From: Eledone cirrhosa
Lineage: Eukaryota
NCBI GenBank assembly: GCA_964016885.1
Contig: OZ024741.1
Location: forward strand, 286,378,001-286,442,000
Length of the DNA: 64,000 bases
Direction of reading: 5' to 3'
The notes beneath the pieces are model-generated. The model worked only from the letters and a program-made list of their open reading frames with translations, did no database searches and was not told where the DNA came from. Position numbers and translations under genes: made by a program. Positions 1-12,724 of this stretch are shown piece by piece. How positions within the stretch are numbered: position 1 is the first letter of the stretch; each line of letters starts with the position of its first letter.

Positions 1-140
1 CATTCATGGGCTCGGTTGGTCTCGCTTGGGGATCCAGTCGGTTCAATTGGAGACGGTTGCTTCTGACAAGACCCGCTGGAAGGAATGACTGAGGACTCTT
101 TCCCCAAGGCCTTCTCGGGAATAAGTGGGCGAAGAAGAAA
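1..140 (+). mobile_element. 3' end of RTE-clade LINE (degenerate)
   Basis: Reads IHGLGWSRLGIQSVQLETVASDKTRWKE*LRTLSPRPS, resembling RTE ORF C-termini, then a short (GAA)n tail. Confidence 0.6.
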
Positions 141-249
141 TCTAAGGCTGAAGAGAGGGAAATAATATTTAAGGTCTATTTTTAAGCTTCCTCCTCATGC
201 CAGAAACTTGGACATTTATCCAATCTGAATTGATTATGATATCGGTGGT

Positions 250-420
250 TAATAATCTACAATCCAAGCATAACCCCAGCAATTTGGGAAAGAAAGTCGA
301 TTATATCGAGCACAGTACTTGACTGGTACTTTATTCTATCGACCCCAGAAGGATGAAAAGCAAAGGTGACGTCAGCGGGATTTCAATTCAGAAAATACAG
401 GCGATATGCTCTTTACTCTT
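250..420 (-). mobile_element. tRNA-derived SINE, Deu/Nin-type central domain
   Basis: Reverse complement carries the TTTCATCC..GGGGTCGATA..ATAAAGTACCAG core that recurs many times in the window. Confidence 0.7.
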
Positions 421-626
421 CAAGTTTTTTGTTTGCCTTTTTAGAACCTCCTTTGGTGCAATGTGTCAGTACATGCAGGCTGCCGTTTGTGCTTAAGTTT
501 TGATGTCTTTGTTAATCTTCGAAAACCTGCAAAGATCATATGTGCAGCACACTCCTCCCAGACTAAGTAATAATGATTTCTAATTTAGGTACAAGGTCAG
601 AGGTTTAGGGGAGGCGGGAAAATAGA

Positions 627-1418
627 TTATATCGAGATCAGTACACATAAAAGCCCATTTTGCCCGTAAAATCTTTCGAGTGATCTTTCCTGAGACATTC
701 TAATCACGTGACCAAAATATCGGAGCTGTAATCTTTCAATATGGAGAAGTAGTGGCTCTACCTGGAGCGCCTCACTGATTTCCGAGCTACACACTCTATC
801 GAGTAACGTTATCCCAAAGACCCTTCGAAGGAAACCCATTTCGGCCGTTTGATTTCACAATCATATTCTTTCAGTCATTATCCAAGATTCATGACCATAG
901 GAAAGAGTTGGCGTTAATATCAAATTGAAAATAGTAAATATGGCATTTACCACTACCTCCCTTATTCTGATTACCGAATGCTGAAGCTTGCACATTACTG
1001 CAACAGCTCTTGCAATTCTTGCACTTAATTCAACATCCTGCGTTCCATCACTCGTAAACACGGCCCCGAGAAACTTGAACTTCTCCACCTGCTTCAGTGG
1101 AGCTCTCCTCACATATAGAGTGCACTGCACAGGATTCCTTGAGAAGACGAGTGTCTCAGTGTTCGCAACAATGATTTTCATTCTTGGCGTACAGTACCCA
1201 GAATAAACAATATGAACTGCAAGTCGGTGATCACCTTCTGACGAGTTAAGTAATACAATGACGTCTGCAAATTCCACCCGCAAGTTGTGATACCACTTCC
1301 GACCCGGCTGTGCATGTCAATCCTGTTCATGAAGATTATGAACAGTAGCGGTGACAGCATGCACATTTGGCGGAGTCCGACTCCCACATTGAAAGGTTTC
1401 GATTTAGCATCATACAAC
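627..1418 (-). mobile_element. RTE-clade LINE reverse transcriptase fragment (frameshifted)
   Basis: Overlapping ORFs give GLRQMCMLSPLLF, FADVIVL, QVEKFKFLG, PTLSYGHESW and QLRYFGHVIRM (non-LTR RT motifs 4-7 plus RTE C-terminal motifs). Confidence 0.9.
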
Positions 1419-2187
1419 TATACCTGAAGAGAAAAGAGAGAAGAGTGGGATCGCGTGATAGATGAGAAAAGAGAATACCTTAGAAAGAGGAGGAGGATGT
1501 GTGTCGATGATAGAGAGGTAGAAAATGGCGACGAGGTGGATGAATGCAGCAGAAAAAGATGAAGACAGAATAGGGGAAAGAGGAGTAGAGATAATGCAGG
1601 AGAAAAACCAGGAAGGCTCGAAGAAGCAAAGCAAACGATGATTGATGAAGAAAAAAGAAAAGATTGGAAAAAGGAAAACATGAGAAAGTTTGACAAATAA
1701 ACAGAATTCCCAAAATGATAAAAATCAACATGAGGAAGGTGGTAGGGAGACAAGAGTAAAAGTGAGATATGAATGAAGTGGGGATGTCCGAGGAGAATGT
1801 AGAAAGAAGAAGCAAAAGGCCAGCAGTAAGCATTGATTGTTTCTCGGCTTGGATTAAATTGACAGTTTATTGGAGTTTTGGGGTCAGCATTCATTCGAGG
1901 CGATTGTTTTGGATAACACCCAAATTTATTTTACTCTAGGATAATTCATTTAACTCAACTGCATGTCAATGCTGTTGCATCTCTGACAGTCAAATCTTCA
2001 TTTATTTTCTCCTCTCTTGTCTTTCCTTTCTACACTTCTTCCTCACACTACTAGCCACCTTGTATTTTTTGTTTGTTTGATAATTTTTCTCATTCCTTTT
2101 TTTGTTTTTGTCTGTTTCCTTTCTTGTTTTAATTGTTTTTGTTCTTTTTCTTGCTGTTGTAGTTTTCCTTCTTTTTAATCTTCATAC

Positions 2188-2555
2188 TGGCATTATGGTT
2201 AGAGCATCGGACAACATGCTTCGTGGCATTAAGTTATGGCCCTTTACGTTCTAACTTCAAATCCCACTGAGTTTGTCTGTTTCTTTCATCCTTACGGAGT
2301 CAATAAAATAAAGTACCAGTAACGCACTGGGGTAGATTTAATCGACTTTGCCCACTCCTCAAATAGTAGAAGTGGATTGGCAGTATCAGTAGAGGGTCGG
2401 ACGCCATGCTTTCCAGCATAGTTACGTCCCTTTACGATCTGAGTTCAAATCCCGCCGAGGTTGACTTTGCCTTTCATCCTTACGGGGTCGATAAAATAAA
2501 GTACCAGTAATGCACTGGGATAATTGCTGGCCTTGTGCCTAAAGTAGAAACAATT
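2188..2555 (+). mobile_element. two tandem tRNA-derived SINEs (Deu/Nin core)
   Basis: A-box-like TGGCAGTATCAGTAG, B-box GAGTTCAAATCCC, core GCCTTTCATCCTTACGGGGTCGATAAAATAAAGTACCAG, tail GGCCTTGTGCCTAAAGTAGAAAC. Confidence 0.85.
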
Positions 2556-3820
2556 ATTGTTGTTGTTAATAATCTTTTTTATTCTTTCTTTATTTTCTAC
2601 TTTTTTATTATTAGGTTTTGGAACATTTCAGTGGCCACCTTTTTTAATTTTGGTTGAAAAATATATAATCTGTCGTTGGGGTGGGAAGTTTTTGTTGAGG
2701 TCAGCAAAATTTGGAATAACATAGTACATCAGCTGTTTTCGGCGGTTTGCTACATATACTCAACGTTAGTGAATTGCATGGTAAACTTAGATCATAAATA
2801 TACACTGGGATTCCATTACCAGAAACTTAACGTATTGTTCTCGTTACAGAATGTAACTTCTGGTGGAGGTGTAGAGGATGTTTTTATACTGCAGAGCCCC
2901 TCACTCTCCAAATCTGATCACAGTCGATTTCTTCCAGAGAAAAAGAGGGAGAGTGATAAAAAGGAAGATAGAAAGAAATATAGAGGAAGAATCGACTCCA
3001 GTATTGGAGTAGTATATTTTTATCGACCTAAAAATTATGAAAGACAAAGTTAACATCAGTGGTATTTGAACTCGGAGAACAGAAACCCGCTGGAGCTAAT
3101 ACCACAAATTATTCTATCCATGATGCTGCCAATTCACCGTCTTCCTATGAAAATATTACAATGACTGAATTGATGAGATTGAAATCATTACACGTTTGTT
3201 GATGGAAACTATGGTCAACAGCAGATGGCGGATCACATTAATGATAAATATTGATTTCTAATAAAGACACCTGGCCAACAATTTGGAAGAAAGACAAAGT
3301 TGATTAATTGAACCCTAGAAAGTGAAGATGCGTAGCTTGGCGGTTGGAGAATTGGATTCACAATAGTGAGGCTGCGAGTTCGATTCCCATACCAGGTGAT
3401 ACGTTGTCCTTTAATAAGACACTTTATTTAACATTGCTCTTTCTGCCAGGAATTGCGACCAGTAGATAGTATCAGCAAATAGAATGACCAATAGAAACAT
3501 TGTTTCCTTGGTCCAATTTGATGAGTTCCACCCTACTCGGTAAGTGAATGAGGTCGATTGATTCCTTAATTCGTATAATTTATTATTTGAATGATATTTT
3601 ATTTTAGCGCCTCCTGAAAGATAAAATGTAAAGTCAACCTCGGTGGGATTTGAATTCAGAATGTAAAGAACCAGAACATATACCACAATGATATTTTATC
3701 CAAAGTTCTCCCAATTCTGTTAACCCACCACTATTTGTAACGGTAAATATTGATTTATAATATAAGCACAAGGCCAGCAAATATGGGGAAGGACGAAGTT
3801 GATTAAGTCAACCCAAATAA

Positions 3821-3977
3821 AATTTGAACCCCGGACCTAGAGGAAATATACTAGGAACTGTATTCTATGTAATTGATCCAGTATTCTATTGTTTAATTTC
3901 CACTTCATCCTCCTTCTGATTAGTCACTATAGTAATCGAAGTAGATCGAACGCCGCAGAGAAAGTTGTAAGTTACAG

Positions 3978-4009
<32 letters not shown>

Positions 4010-4035
4010 GATGCTGCTGCTGCTTCTACTACTAT

Positions 4036-4072
<37 letters not shown>

Positions 4073-4209
4073 GCTTCTACTACTACCGCTGCTGCTTCTA
4101 CTACTAATACTACTATTACTACTACTATTACTACTACTACTATTACTACTAATACTACTACTACTATTATTGCTACTATTATTACTACTACTACTACTAC
4201 TACTATTAT

Positions 4210-4276
<67 letters not shown>

Positions 4277-4676
4277 ACTACTACTTCTATGACCAAGATC
4301 GGGTATCGATTCTCAGATAAAGATCTAGTTTCTCGATCAATTTTCAATTTCGATTATCTGACGTTACAAATCCGTTTCATTTACGTCACTAATAACCATG
4401 GGAATGTTATGAACGCCACACCATCATATTTAACCCTCCTCTATTAAAATATAGTGAAAGGACCTTGTCTATCACTATTGATTTCAAATTTAAGTATAAG
4501 GCCAGCAAATCTGGGGGAACAAGTTGTTTAGTTGAACCCAAGTACTTAACTGGCACTTGTTTTATTGATCCCGCAAGGATGAAAGGCAAAGTGACTGAGT
4601 GAGGTTTGAACTCAGAATGTAAAAACTCCAGAACAAATGCCGCAAAGGCATTTTATCCGACGCTCTACCAATTCTG
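3821..4676 (+). repeat. local duplication, copy 1 (unique sequence + (CTA)n + SINE)
   Basis: Near-identical direct copy at 27805-28475. Confidence 0.9.
3979..4290. repeat. (CTA)n/(CTG)n microsatellite
   Basis: Seen directly in sequence. Confidence 0.95.
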
Positions 4677-4959
4677 ATCATCAAACATCTTTTTAAGGGC
4701 TAAATATTAAAATTGCTACTATTCAACAAATAATTAGTGAGAGAAGACAATAAAATAGAGTTACGGGTAGAGTATAAAATAGTCTAAGTATGTCATTGCA
4801 ACTAACGCACTCGTGGCGAAAACGACACACAATTATTTATGTGATACGAAGTATAAATGTTAGTTTGTTCAAACAAGGACAAGTTTTATGTCACATGAAG
4901 AAAATGAAAGGTGGTGGATGATCACGAGTCGTCGAGGCACAACATTACAATAAAGTGAT

Positions 4960-5260
4960 ATTTTAGGGTGAGCTGCTCAACATTATCAAACTTAGACCAA
5001 TTACATCAATTGTCAAGTCATGAGTATCAAACTATACGGTCATATAAAAAGATCAACTCGTGGTGTGAGTAGGTTATGCCTGGAAGGAAGGTTGGCTGGT
5101 AGAGAAGCAGAGGTCGACAGCCAAAACGATGGCTTGACAATGTCAATTCATGGACTGGCCTTGATCTTTGCTCTTTAAACTCTGCTGCTGGTGATCGAAC
5201 TTTGTGGAAAGATATATCACATGTTAATGCGCAGTCTGAAACTGGCGGAGTTTAGCATCA
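4960..5260 (+). mobile_element. 3' end of RTE-clade LINE
   Basis: Reads RSRGRQPKRWLDNVNSWTGL...AAGDRTLWK, the typical RTE terminal motif. Confidence 0.75.
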
Positions 5261-6378
5261 AAGAAGATGTTTTAATCTTTGACTGACAATGATGGACACT
5301 CGATATCTGGTTTAAAACATGTGTGTGTAATATTTCAGTGACATTTCCCCCACAAATCTTTGGAAAAGGCAGTAGACTGGAAATGCTATACATTAATGCA
5401 TGACTGTATGGCCCGTTGCAACTTTCACCCCAAGAATTAGAATGTTGAAAACTTTCGATACATTGACTGTGTTTTGTTTTATTTTTTTCCGAAGGGATAA
5501 TTGCCAGATTTGGATGGTCTACCCTAATCACTGCATGTGTTGATACCAAACTTATTTACTAATATCTAAGCAGAAAACTATTGCAATTAGTATCATACTG
5601 AGTACATTGCAAGTTTTGTGAGCCGGGGAGAGGTGAAGCGACTGAAGAATGACTTGAACAAGTGTGATATCATTGATAATCTTATGGCTCGAACTGGCGA
5701 GTGAAGTGTGCATGATGCTGGAGAACTTTTTCACACAGAGTGTATGATGCTTATTGTCGGTACTGTCATAAATATCCCACCGGTCTTTCCGGTAGCAACG
5801 GCAAGGTTAGTGGTGGGAATGAACAACAATGTTCTCAGAGATATGTGAGGTAGTTTTGAAAACATTGGAATATTATTAAAATTTGAAATTTCTTACATAA
5901 ACAGACAATGAATATGATGAAATAAAACAATATTTTAATCAAGTATTTCGTCAGTGTATCCACATAAGATTCTTTATCTCGCCATAAATTGTAAAGTTAG
6001 TTAACGGTCAATGAAGCCGGGGGTGAAATTTTATTTTAAGAACAAATTAAAGTTATTTTTATGTCTCTGCCGCCGGAAATAGAAGAAAATGACAATAATG
6101 CATCTTAGAGAGGATTAACACTAAACTTGTCTCTGGCAGGATTCTAATAAATTTAGTCTAGTCTAATACTTTCGACAGAATGCTCGTCATTACCTTGCGA
6201 CTTTCTTAAGCATTTTCATTTTTGGACCCCTCTTCTGAGGCTGGATTTTTACAATGAATTGGGGCATATATTCGATGGACAAACTGAAAAGCCACTGAAA
6301 CATTGGAACAGTTTCAGATCATACGGTGCATTCACCAGGAATGCCCTCTCTCGTTTCTTCTCTATATTTTGGCAATCG

Positions 6379-6573
6379 CAGACCTGTCAACTCTCCCCGT
6401 CGGACGGAGAGATTTGCATTAGCCTTTGGAGTGGGTGAGAGATGTCTTCTCTTGTGAAAATGGGTATAGCTTTCATTATGTAAAATCACCCCATTTTGCC
6501 TCATTTTTCCCCGTCTTGGGGCACTTTTTCTCATGTTACTCTCCGTTTGGGTTTTTAGAGGTTGGCAGGTCTG
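6379..6573. mobile_element. MITE with CAGACCTGTCAAC TIRs and 6-bp TSD (CAATCG)
   Basis: CAGACCTGTCAAC...GTTGGCAGGTCTG flanked by caatcg on both sides; relative at 16744-17101. Confidence 0.8.
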
Positions 6574-6789
6574 CAATCGAAACATTGCTGTGAATGCTCG
6601 AGAGTGTGTTATGGGCTTGGTTTTCGAAAAATTAAAATTTGGTTTAAGGAAAATTTGACTGCTAATTGTAGCAGTTCTCTCGGGTGCCAGAAGTTGATGT
6701 TAGCTCGTGGAGTAGTGGAAATGGTGGTACTATTGCGAGGAACTAGGTACGGAAGTGAGACTTGAAATGATTGTAAAAGCGGGGGTTAT

Positions 6790-7690
6790 GATAGTGATAG
6801 TAGCATTGATAGTGGTAGTGTTAGTGGTAGTGGTAGTGGTAGTGGTAGTGGTATTGGTAGTGGTGTTGGGTGGTAGTAGTAATGATAGTGGTAATGCTGG
6901 AGTATTGATAGTGGTAGGGGTATTGATAGTGGTAGTGGAAGTGGTGGTAGTATTGATAGTGGTAGTGGTATTGGTAGTGGTGTTGGGTGGTAGTAGTAAT
7001 GATAGTGGTAATGCTGGAGTATTGATAGTGGTAGGGGTATTGATAGTGGTAGTGTTAGTGGTGGTAGTATTGATAGTGGCAGTGGTAATGGTAGTGGTGT
7101 TGGGTGGTAGTAGTAATGATAGTGGTAATGCTGGAGTATTGATAGTGGTAGGGGTATTGATAGTGGTAGTGTTAGTGGTGGTAGTATTGATAGTGGCAGT
7201 GGTAATGGTAGTGGTGTTGGGTGGTAGTAGTAATGATAGTGGTAATGCTGGAGTATTGATAGTGGTAGGGGTATTGATAGTGGTAGTGTTAGTGGTGGTA
7301 GTATTGATAGTGGCAGTGGTAATGGTAGTGGTGTTGGGTGGTAGTAGTAATGATAGTGGTAATGCTGGAGTATTGATAGTGGTAGGGGTATTGATAGTGG
7401 TAGTGTTAGTGGTGGTAGTATTGATAGTGGCAGTGGTAATGGTAGTGGTGTTGGGTGGTAGTAGTAATGATAGTGGTAATGCTGGAGTATTGATAGTGGT
7501 AGTGGTAGTGGTGGTAGTATTGATAGTAGCAGTGGTAATGGTAGTGGTGTTGGGTGGTAGTATTGATAGTGGCAGTGGTAATGGTAGTGGTGTTGGGTGG
7601 TAGTAGTAATGATAGTGGTAATGCTGGAGTATTGATAGTGGTAGTGGTAGTGGAAGTGGTGGTAGTATTGATAGTAGCAGTGGTAATGTT
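6790..7690. repeat. 117-bp minisatellite (about 6-7 units) built from GTA/GTG triplets
   Basis: GGTAGTAGTAATGATAGTGGTAATGCTGGAG recurs at about 6872, 6989, 7106, 7223, 7340, 7457 and 7599. Confidence 0.9.
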
Positions 7691-7929
7691 AGTGGCACCA
7701 GTAAAGTTGGTAAGAGTGGCACTTATATGTGCAGGGTGGGGATACTGCTACTGGCTCTAATGTTGTTGATGTTGTGATGATTGTATTCACTGCTGCAATT
7801 GCTGTCGATATTGCAGTTGCAGTTACTGTTTTCGTTGGAGATGATGGTGATGAGGAGGGGGAGGGGGGAGAAGAATGTGGGGGTATTAGGTGTGGTTCGA
7901 TCGTGTGAGTAGTAGTAGTAGTAGTAGTG

Positions 7930-8006
<77 letters not shown>

Positions 8007-8483
8007 TGATGTTGATGTTTACGTTGTTTTGAAATTCTCATAAATATTTTTTTTTTCAGTTTATGTTCTGTATTATTAGATACGTGAATTTTTGAAAGTT
8101 ATAATTTTTAATTATAGCTTTTTTTCTTTAGTTTCGATTTCCTTTGTCTTTGCATTAGTCCGATATTTAGTCTGTAGCTATTGGTGTTATGGGTGAGCTG
8201 GCAGTCGGCGTAGATAGATATTGGGGCTTTTAATTGTTGACGTTATAAGATATTTTGCTTATCATTGCATGTTCCCAATACATTTTGGAGACTGTTGAAC
8301 CAACTGCATCTACTAAGGGTCAAAGTAGACATATCAATTATCATATCATCGCCATGAGCGTCGCCTTCAACACTTCGATCTATAATAATAAGCAGCCAGA
8401 GTGGATTGACTGGTTGATTGGTTGATGGTGGGGAATTATAGTATAATTCTATACCCAGCCAAACTGGATAAACATTCTCATTC

Positions 8484-8515
<32 letters not shown>

Positions 8516-8693
8516 CTCCCTCTCTCTCTTCCCTCTCTCTCTTCCCTCTCTCACTCTCTCCAACAATCCATGGCCTCACACTAGTTTACATCTCTCACTC
8601 TCTCTCACACACACATACGCACGCGCACACACACACACGCACACACACACATATCGGTCTCGTTTTTGTAATATTTTCCAAGATAGACATATA

Positions 8694-8888
8694 CAGTTGA
8701 ACCTCTCATCACGAACAAATCGGTTCACAAAGAATTTTTCCGAACATAAAACATCTCGGATGACGAACGTGTCTCGTGTAACGAACACACAAGCCGTCAA
8801 CAACGATTGGCAACAAGCTTGAGTTATTGGCGAGGAGGCGATATTTATCTGCCTTTATCTGTGGCGATATTTATCTGCCTTCCACACG

Positions 8889-8976
<88 letters not shown>

Positions 8977-9035
8977 ATTTCTGGTGACGAACAGCCTTCA
9001 AGAATGAATTAATATCGTGAACCGAGGTTGCACTG
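8694..9035. mobile_element. Tc1/mariner (pogo/Tigger-like) MITE
   Basis: TA-CAGTTGAACCTC...GAGGTTGCACTG-TA, with an internal (CT)n. Confidence 0.8.
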
Positions 9036-9168
9036 TATATCTCCCTTCCTAAAACTCTCTTTCGCCGAAGATACCATTTCACCAACCACTCCAAGATGAC
9101 GGGTTGAATACGCACGTGTGATTTTTTTCCCCAGTTTAGTTTCTATTTATCTTCTATTTCTAACTCTA

Positions 9169-9204
9169 TCTTCTAATGAAGAACTAGTGTCCTAAACGTT
9201 AAGA
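9169..9204 (+). ncRNA. degenerate minimal hammerhead ribozyme motif
   Basis: tctt-CTAATGA-a-gaac tagt gtcc-TAAA-cg-TT-aaga; two core mutations (G5A, G12U), so probably inactive. Confidence 0.5.
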
Positions 9205-9557
9205 CTCACTTCCTGCTATTTCGAGCGTTAAACTAATATATTTCCTCCGTGCACTGTGCCGTTTGTTTTATTTTTGTTATTTCAGTGGGAGTGAGGGCTT
9301 ATATGTGTGCGTGTGTGAGTGTGTTTGTAGACACCTGACTATAGCTATTGTTAGCTTAAGTGAACCTTAAAAATCAGGAGTGGCACCCCCAGGGTGAACT
9401 TGTTTATAGAATTATTTCTGCCTTTGTTACTCTAAATATAGTTTTTATAGAATTCCCGTTTCTTTAAACTCATCAACCAATGTCCTCCACCCATCCCAAT
9501 CACCACCCTCTCTACCACCAGAAAAGATATAAATACCACCATATTACTTGGACAGTC

Positions 9558-9608
9558 GGCTTCCTGATGATTTCTCCTGAATGAAACAGTTCTAGTCCTG
9601 TAGAAGCC
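9558..9608 (+). ncRNA. type I hammerhead ribozyme
   Basis: Stem I ggcttc/gaagcc; CTGATGA; weak stem II t-ttc-tcct-gaa-t; GAAA; stem III cag/ctg; cleavage triplet GTA. Confidence 0.75.
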
Positions 9609-9679
9609 TTTTCTATATTAAATATATGTATATGTAACATGTAAACGAGATTAATCATTATTATTAATAATTATTTTGA

Positions 9680-9860
9680 TTGGCAGAATCGGTAGAGTAT
9701 CGGACGCAATGCTTTTCAGCACAGAGTTATGACCCATTATGGTCTGAGTTCAAATCCCGCCGAGGTTAACTTTGCCTTTCATCCTTACGGGGTCGATAAA
9801 ATAAAGTACCAGTAATGCACTGGGTTAATTGCTGGCCTTGTGCCAAAAGTAGGAACAATT
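9680..9860 (+). mobile_element. tRNA-derived SINE (Deu/Nin core)
   Basis: TGGCAGAATCGGTAG A-box, GAGTTCAAATCCC B-box, conserved core and tail. Confidence 0.85.
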
Positions 9861-9981
9861 ATTGTTATACAAAGGAGATTAATCATTATTTCAAGGTATT
9901 TATATTCGAGGTTCTCGTTAAATTTTAATATGTTACCTACGTAACTACAAATTTTCCTCTGTAATTGTTTCATGTGTTTAT

Positions 9982-10023
<42 letters not shown>

Positions 10024-10239
10024 AATCGATTTTTAATTTAATGCTAATAAATGCTCGGATTTATCCCTTAGAATATTTGAGCTGGTATTTGAGGTGGTAT
10101 GGCACATGTTTCTCAGACATGACACAAACAATTTTGGTTTTATATATATATATATATAGTAGAATTAATAAATACAAAGACCAAACTCCAGAGCGTACTT
10201 GATAAGAAGCTATATATAGAGAGAGAGCGATAGAAAGTT

Positions 10240-11607
10240 CCAGACTCCCATCAGTGGATCTCAAATCATCCACATCAACCTTGGATGAGATCAGTGGCTT
10301 TTGAAGACACTTTTTCGGGGGAAGATTGAATGAAACCTTACTGCTCAGCAGTAAGAAGAGTGGAAAGAATAGGTGATTTTGAAATCTTTTAGGCCATGCC
10401 TGTAATGACCTACGATCATGTACCAATCCTTCGATCTAGGGTGCATCCACGTTGTCTTATGGATTTCAGATGCCCAGATCAAATTCCTTACAAAGTGAAA
10501 GCAGCCTAAACTCATTTGACTCCATAGCTCTGACTTCATTAAACCCAAGAACGTCATGATATGTTTGATAGTCACTTTCAACTTTAGCATTGAAATCTCA
10601 TATCATGTTCTTGTATGGAACAGTGGAAGCTGATCATAAATGAATAAAGAGTTGGGGCGAAACAACACACTAGTGTAACAGCGATGCTGTTTGCTAGATC
10701 CAGAGAAAGAGTTATTATACGATTACTGACACCTTTGGAGAATGATGTTAGGGATATAGCAATGTCAGATCGAATGTCAAAATCCATACCAGACTGACCG
10801 GAAGACTGTGTACCCCGCTCTCACTTTTATTTGGATCATGCAAGGAACATGGGTTTCACTTCTCACACAAATATCGATATTATATCTGTTGAGTAAATTG
10901 CATATGAGTGCTGATCTTCGCTCCAGTCTTGAAATGCTATCCCTGAATATTCTCACATTCCAGGAACCAAAATTTAAATGTAAATTCTTTATTTTATTTC
11001 GACCCCATATTTGGATAACCAGAGAGTTGCGGTTAACTGCCAGGTTAAAAGATCGAATAAGCATTTGTTTAGGTCTTCTTTAACGCCGCATCCAGGTGTA
11101 GTGAAAGCAGAACTATGTCTAAAAAGACTTGCATCGGAGGACACGAAGAGCCCAAATTGCTCATCTTTGTGCCTGAACCAGTTGGTGGTCACCACTGTGG
11201 AGAGCTCCTGCTAAGGACTTCCTGTAATACCATTTACATGTTCCCGTCGCCTTTGCTCTTTCGCCAGCGGGTTTTGTGTTAGTGGTGGGATATCAAATAG
11301 AACTGGTAGAGCTGTTGAGCTACCCACACACATGGATGTTTATAGTGGTGAAGGCTTCTGTTGCACCAGGCACACTTTTCGGAAATGTTGATAACAAAGG
11401 GTTGGTGCGAGCGTTTGCCACGAACTCAATGAACAACACGTCTCAGGTATTGGATGGCTGTTGACTCTCAACAGTTCCTCCGTCTTTTGATGAGTTTTGT
11501 CAAAAAATCACCATTTCCTGTTTAGTCGCCGACGACCCGACCACATGACAGGTTGTATTGGGCTGCATGTTACCAGTAGCACTCATGAGCGACCTGAAAT
11601 AAACGAC

Positions 11608-11610
<3 letters not shown>
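10240..11610 (-). mobile_element. 5' portion of RTE-clade LINE (5' UTR + APE endonuclease, degenerate)
   Basis: LNFGSWNVR...ERRSALI...RYNIDICVRSET and TLVCCFAPTL match the RTE APE N-terminus; 5' UTR is homologous to 44613-44800. Confidence 0.85.
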
Positions 11611-11654
<44 letters not shown>

Positions 11655-11699
11655 TGTGTATATATGTAAACATATATATCGATAGTCGATCGACAAGAT

Positions 11700-11920
11700 C
11701 CCAGATCTCATTCACTTAACGCGTGGGATGGAGCTCGACAAATGGGACCGAGAAAACAATGTTTCCATTGCTATTTCCTATCTGTCGGTCGCAACTCCAA
11801 GCAAGGGGAGCAGCGTGAAATAAAGTGACATGCTCAAGAACATAACGCATCGCCCGATCCGGGAATCGAAATCAAAACCTCACGATTCCGAATCAAATTC
11901 TCTAACCACTCAGCCACATG
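11700..11920 (-). mobile_element. second tRNA-derived SINE family
   Basis: Minus strand TGGCTGAGTGGTTAG...TTCGATTCCC...GTTATGTTCTTGAGCA; relatives at about 3325-3500 (+) and 47975-48285 (-). Confidence 0.7.
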
Positions 11921-12235
11921 TCATCACTATACATATATATGTTTGACGTCGGATAGAATGCTTTTCCGTATTCGTCCCACATCTTTGCGCGTTCTGACTT
12001 CAAATCCCGTCGTGGTCAACTTTGCCTTTCATCCATTCGAGGTCGATAAAAAGAAAAGTAGCTGTTCAGTAGCAGGGGTCGATTCTTCCTCTATAGAAAA
12101 TATCGGCTTGTTCAGACCTGGAGAGGGTTGAGCCCCGCCGGATTTAAATGTGCCCTAGACACGCCGTATGACGGTGCCTCTACGACACCACAAGGAGTGA
12201 CGGCATCTTTATCCTTTGTATATATATATATATAC

Positions 12236-12415
12236 ATTGTTATACTTTGGGAGAGTCATGCTGCCAATAAAAACACAGGCACCTGTTGGTATTCACTTCA
12301 ATTTATTATAAATTTCCGGTTGGCGGTTGGTTGGTTGATTCGATAACCGGATGGTTGTTTATATATTGTCAAAGCTCTTTTGTAACACATTGTGTGACCT
12401 CCTCAGTGGCTGAGT
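12236..12415 (-). mobile_element. short PLE-type terminal repeat, family B, with mutated hammerhead (12368-12410)
   Basis: Homologous to 44141-44415 and 47520-47800; CTGAGGA-g-gtcaca..tgttac-AAAA-gagc-TT (G12A); abuts (TA)n. Confidence 0.7.
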
Positions 12416-12507
12416 GTGTGTGTGCATACATGCTTGCGTGTGAATATGTGTGTGTGTCTGTCTGTGCATTTGTGTGCTTGTGTGCGTCTGTATGTAAGGA
12501 TGTGGTT

Positions 12508-12559
<52 letters not shown>

Positions 12560-12568
12560 TCAGATAGT

Positions 12569-12626
<58 letters not shown>

Positions 12627-12724
12627 TGTTTCTTTATTAGCCACAGGGGCACAAAAGAAGGGGACAAATACAAAGGGGGAAGTTTACATACAATAAAAAC
12701 GTGTAAAATGTAATCACAAATGCA

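Noticed and set aside
2376-2460. tRNA genes from A/B boxes
   Set aside because: These are SINE heads followed by SINE core; no cloverleaf.
3886-4347. Poly-Val/poly-Leu ORFs and the many YI/HT/CV/SL-repeat ORFs across the window
   Set aside because: They are translations of (CTA)n, (TA)n, (CA)n, (CATA)n, (GA)n and (GATA)n microsatellites.
5552-5850. Possible CR1/L2-like 3' fragment
   Set aside because: Too degenerate to support from motifs.
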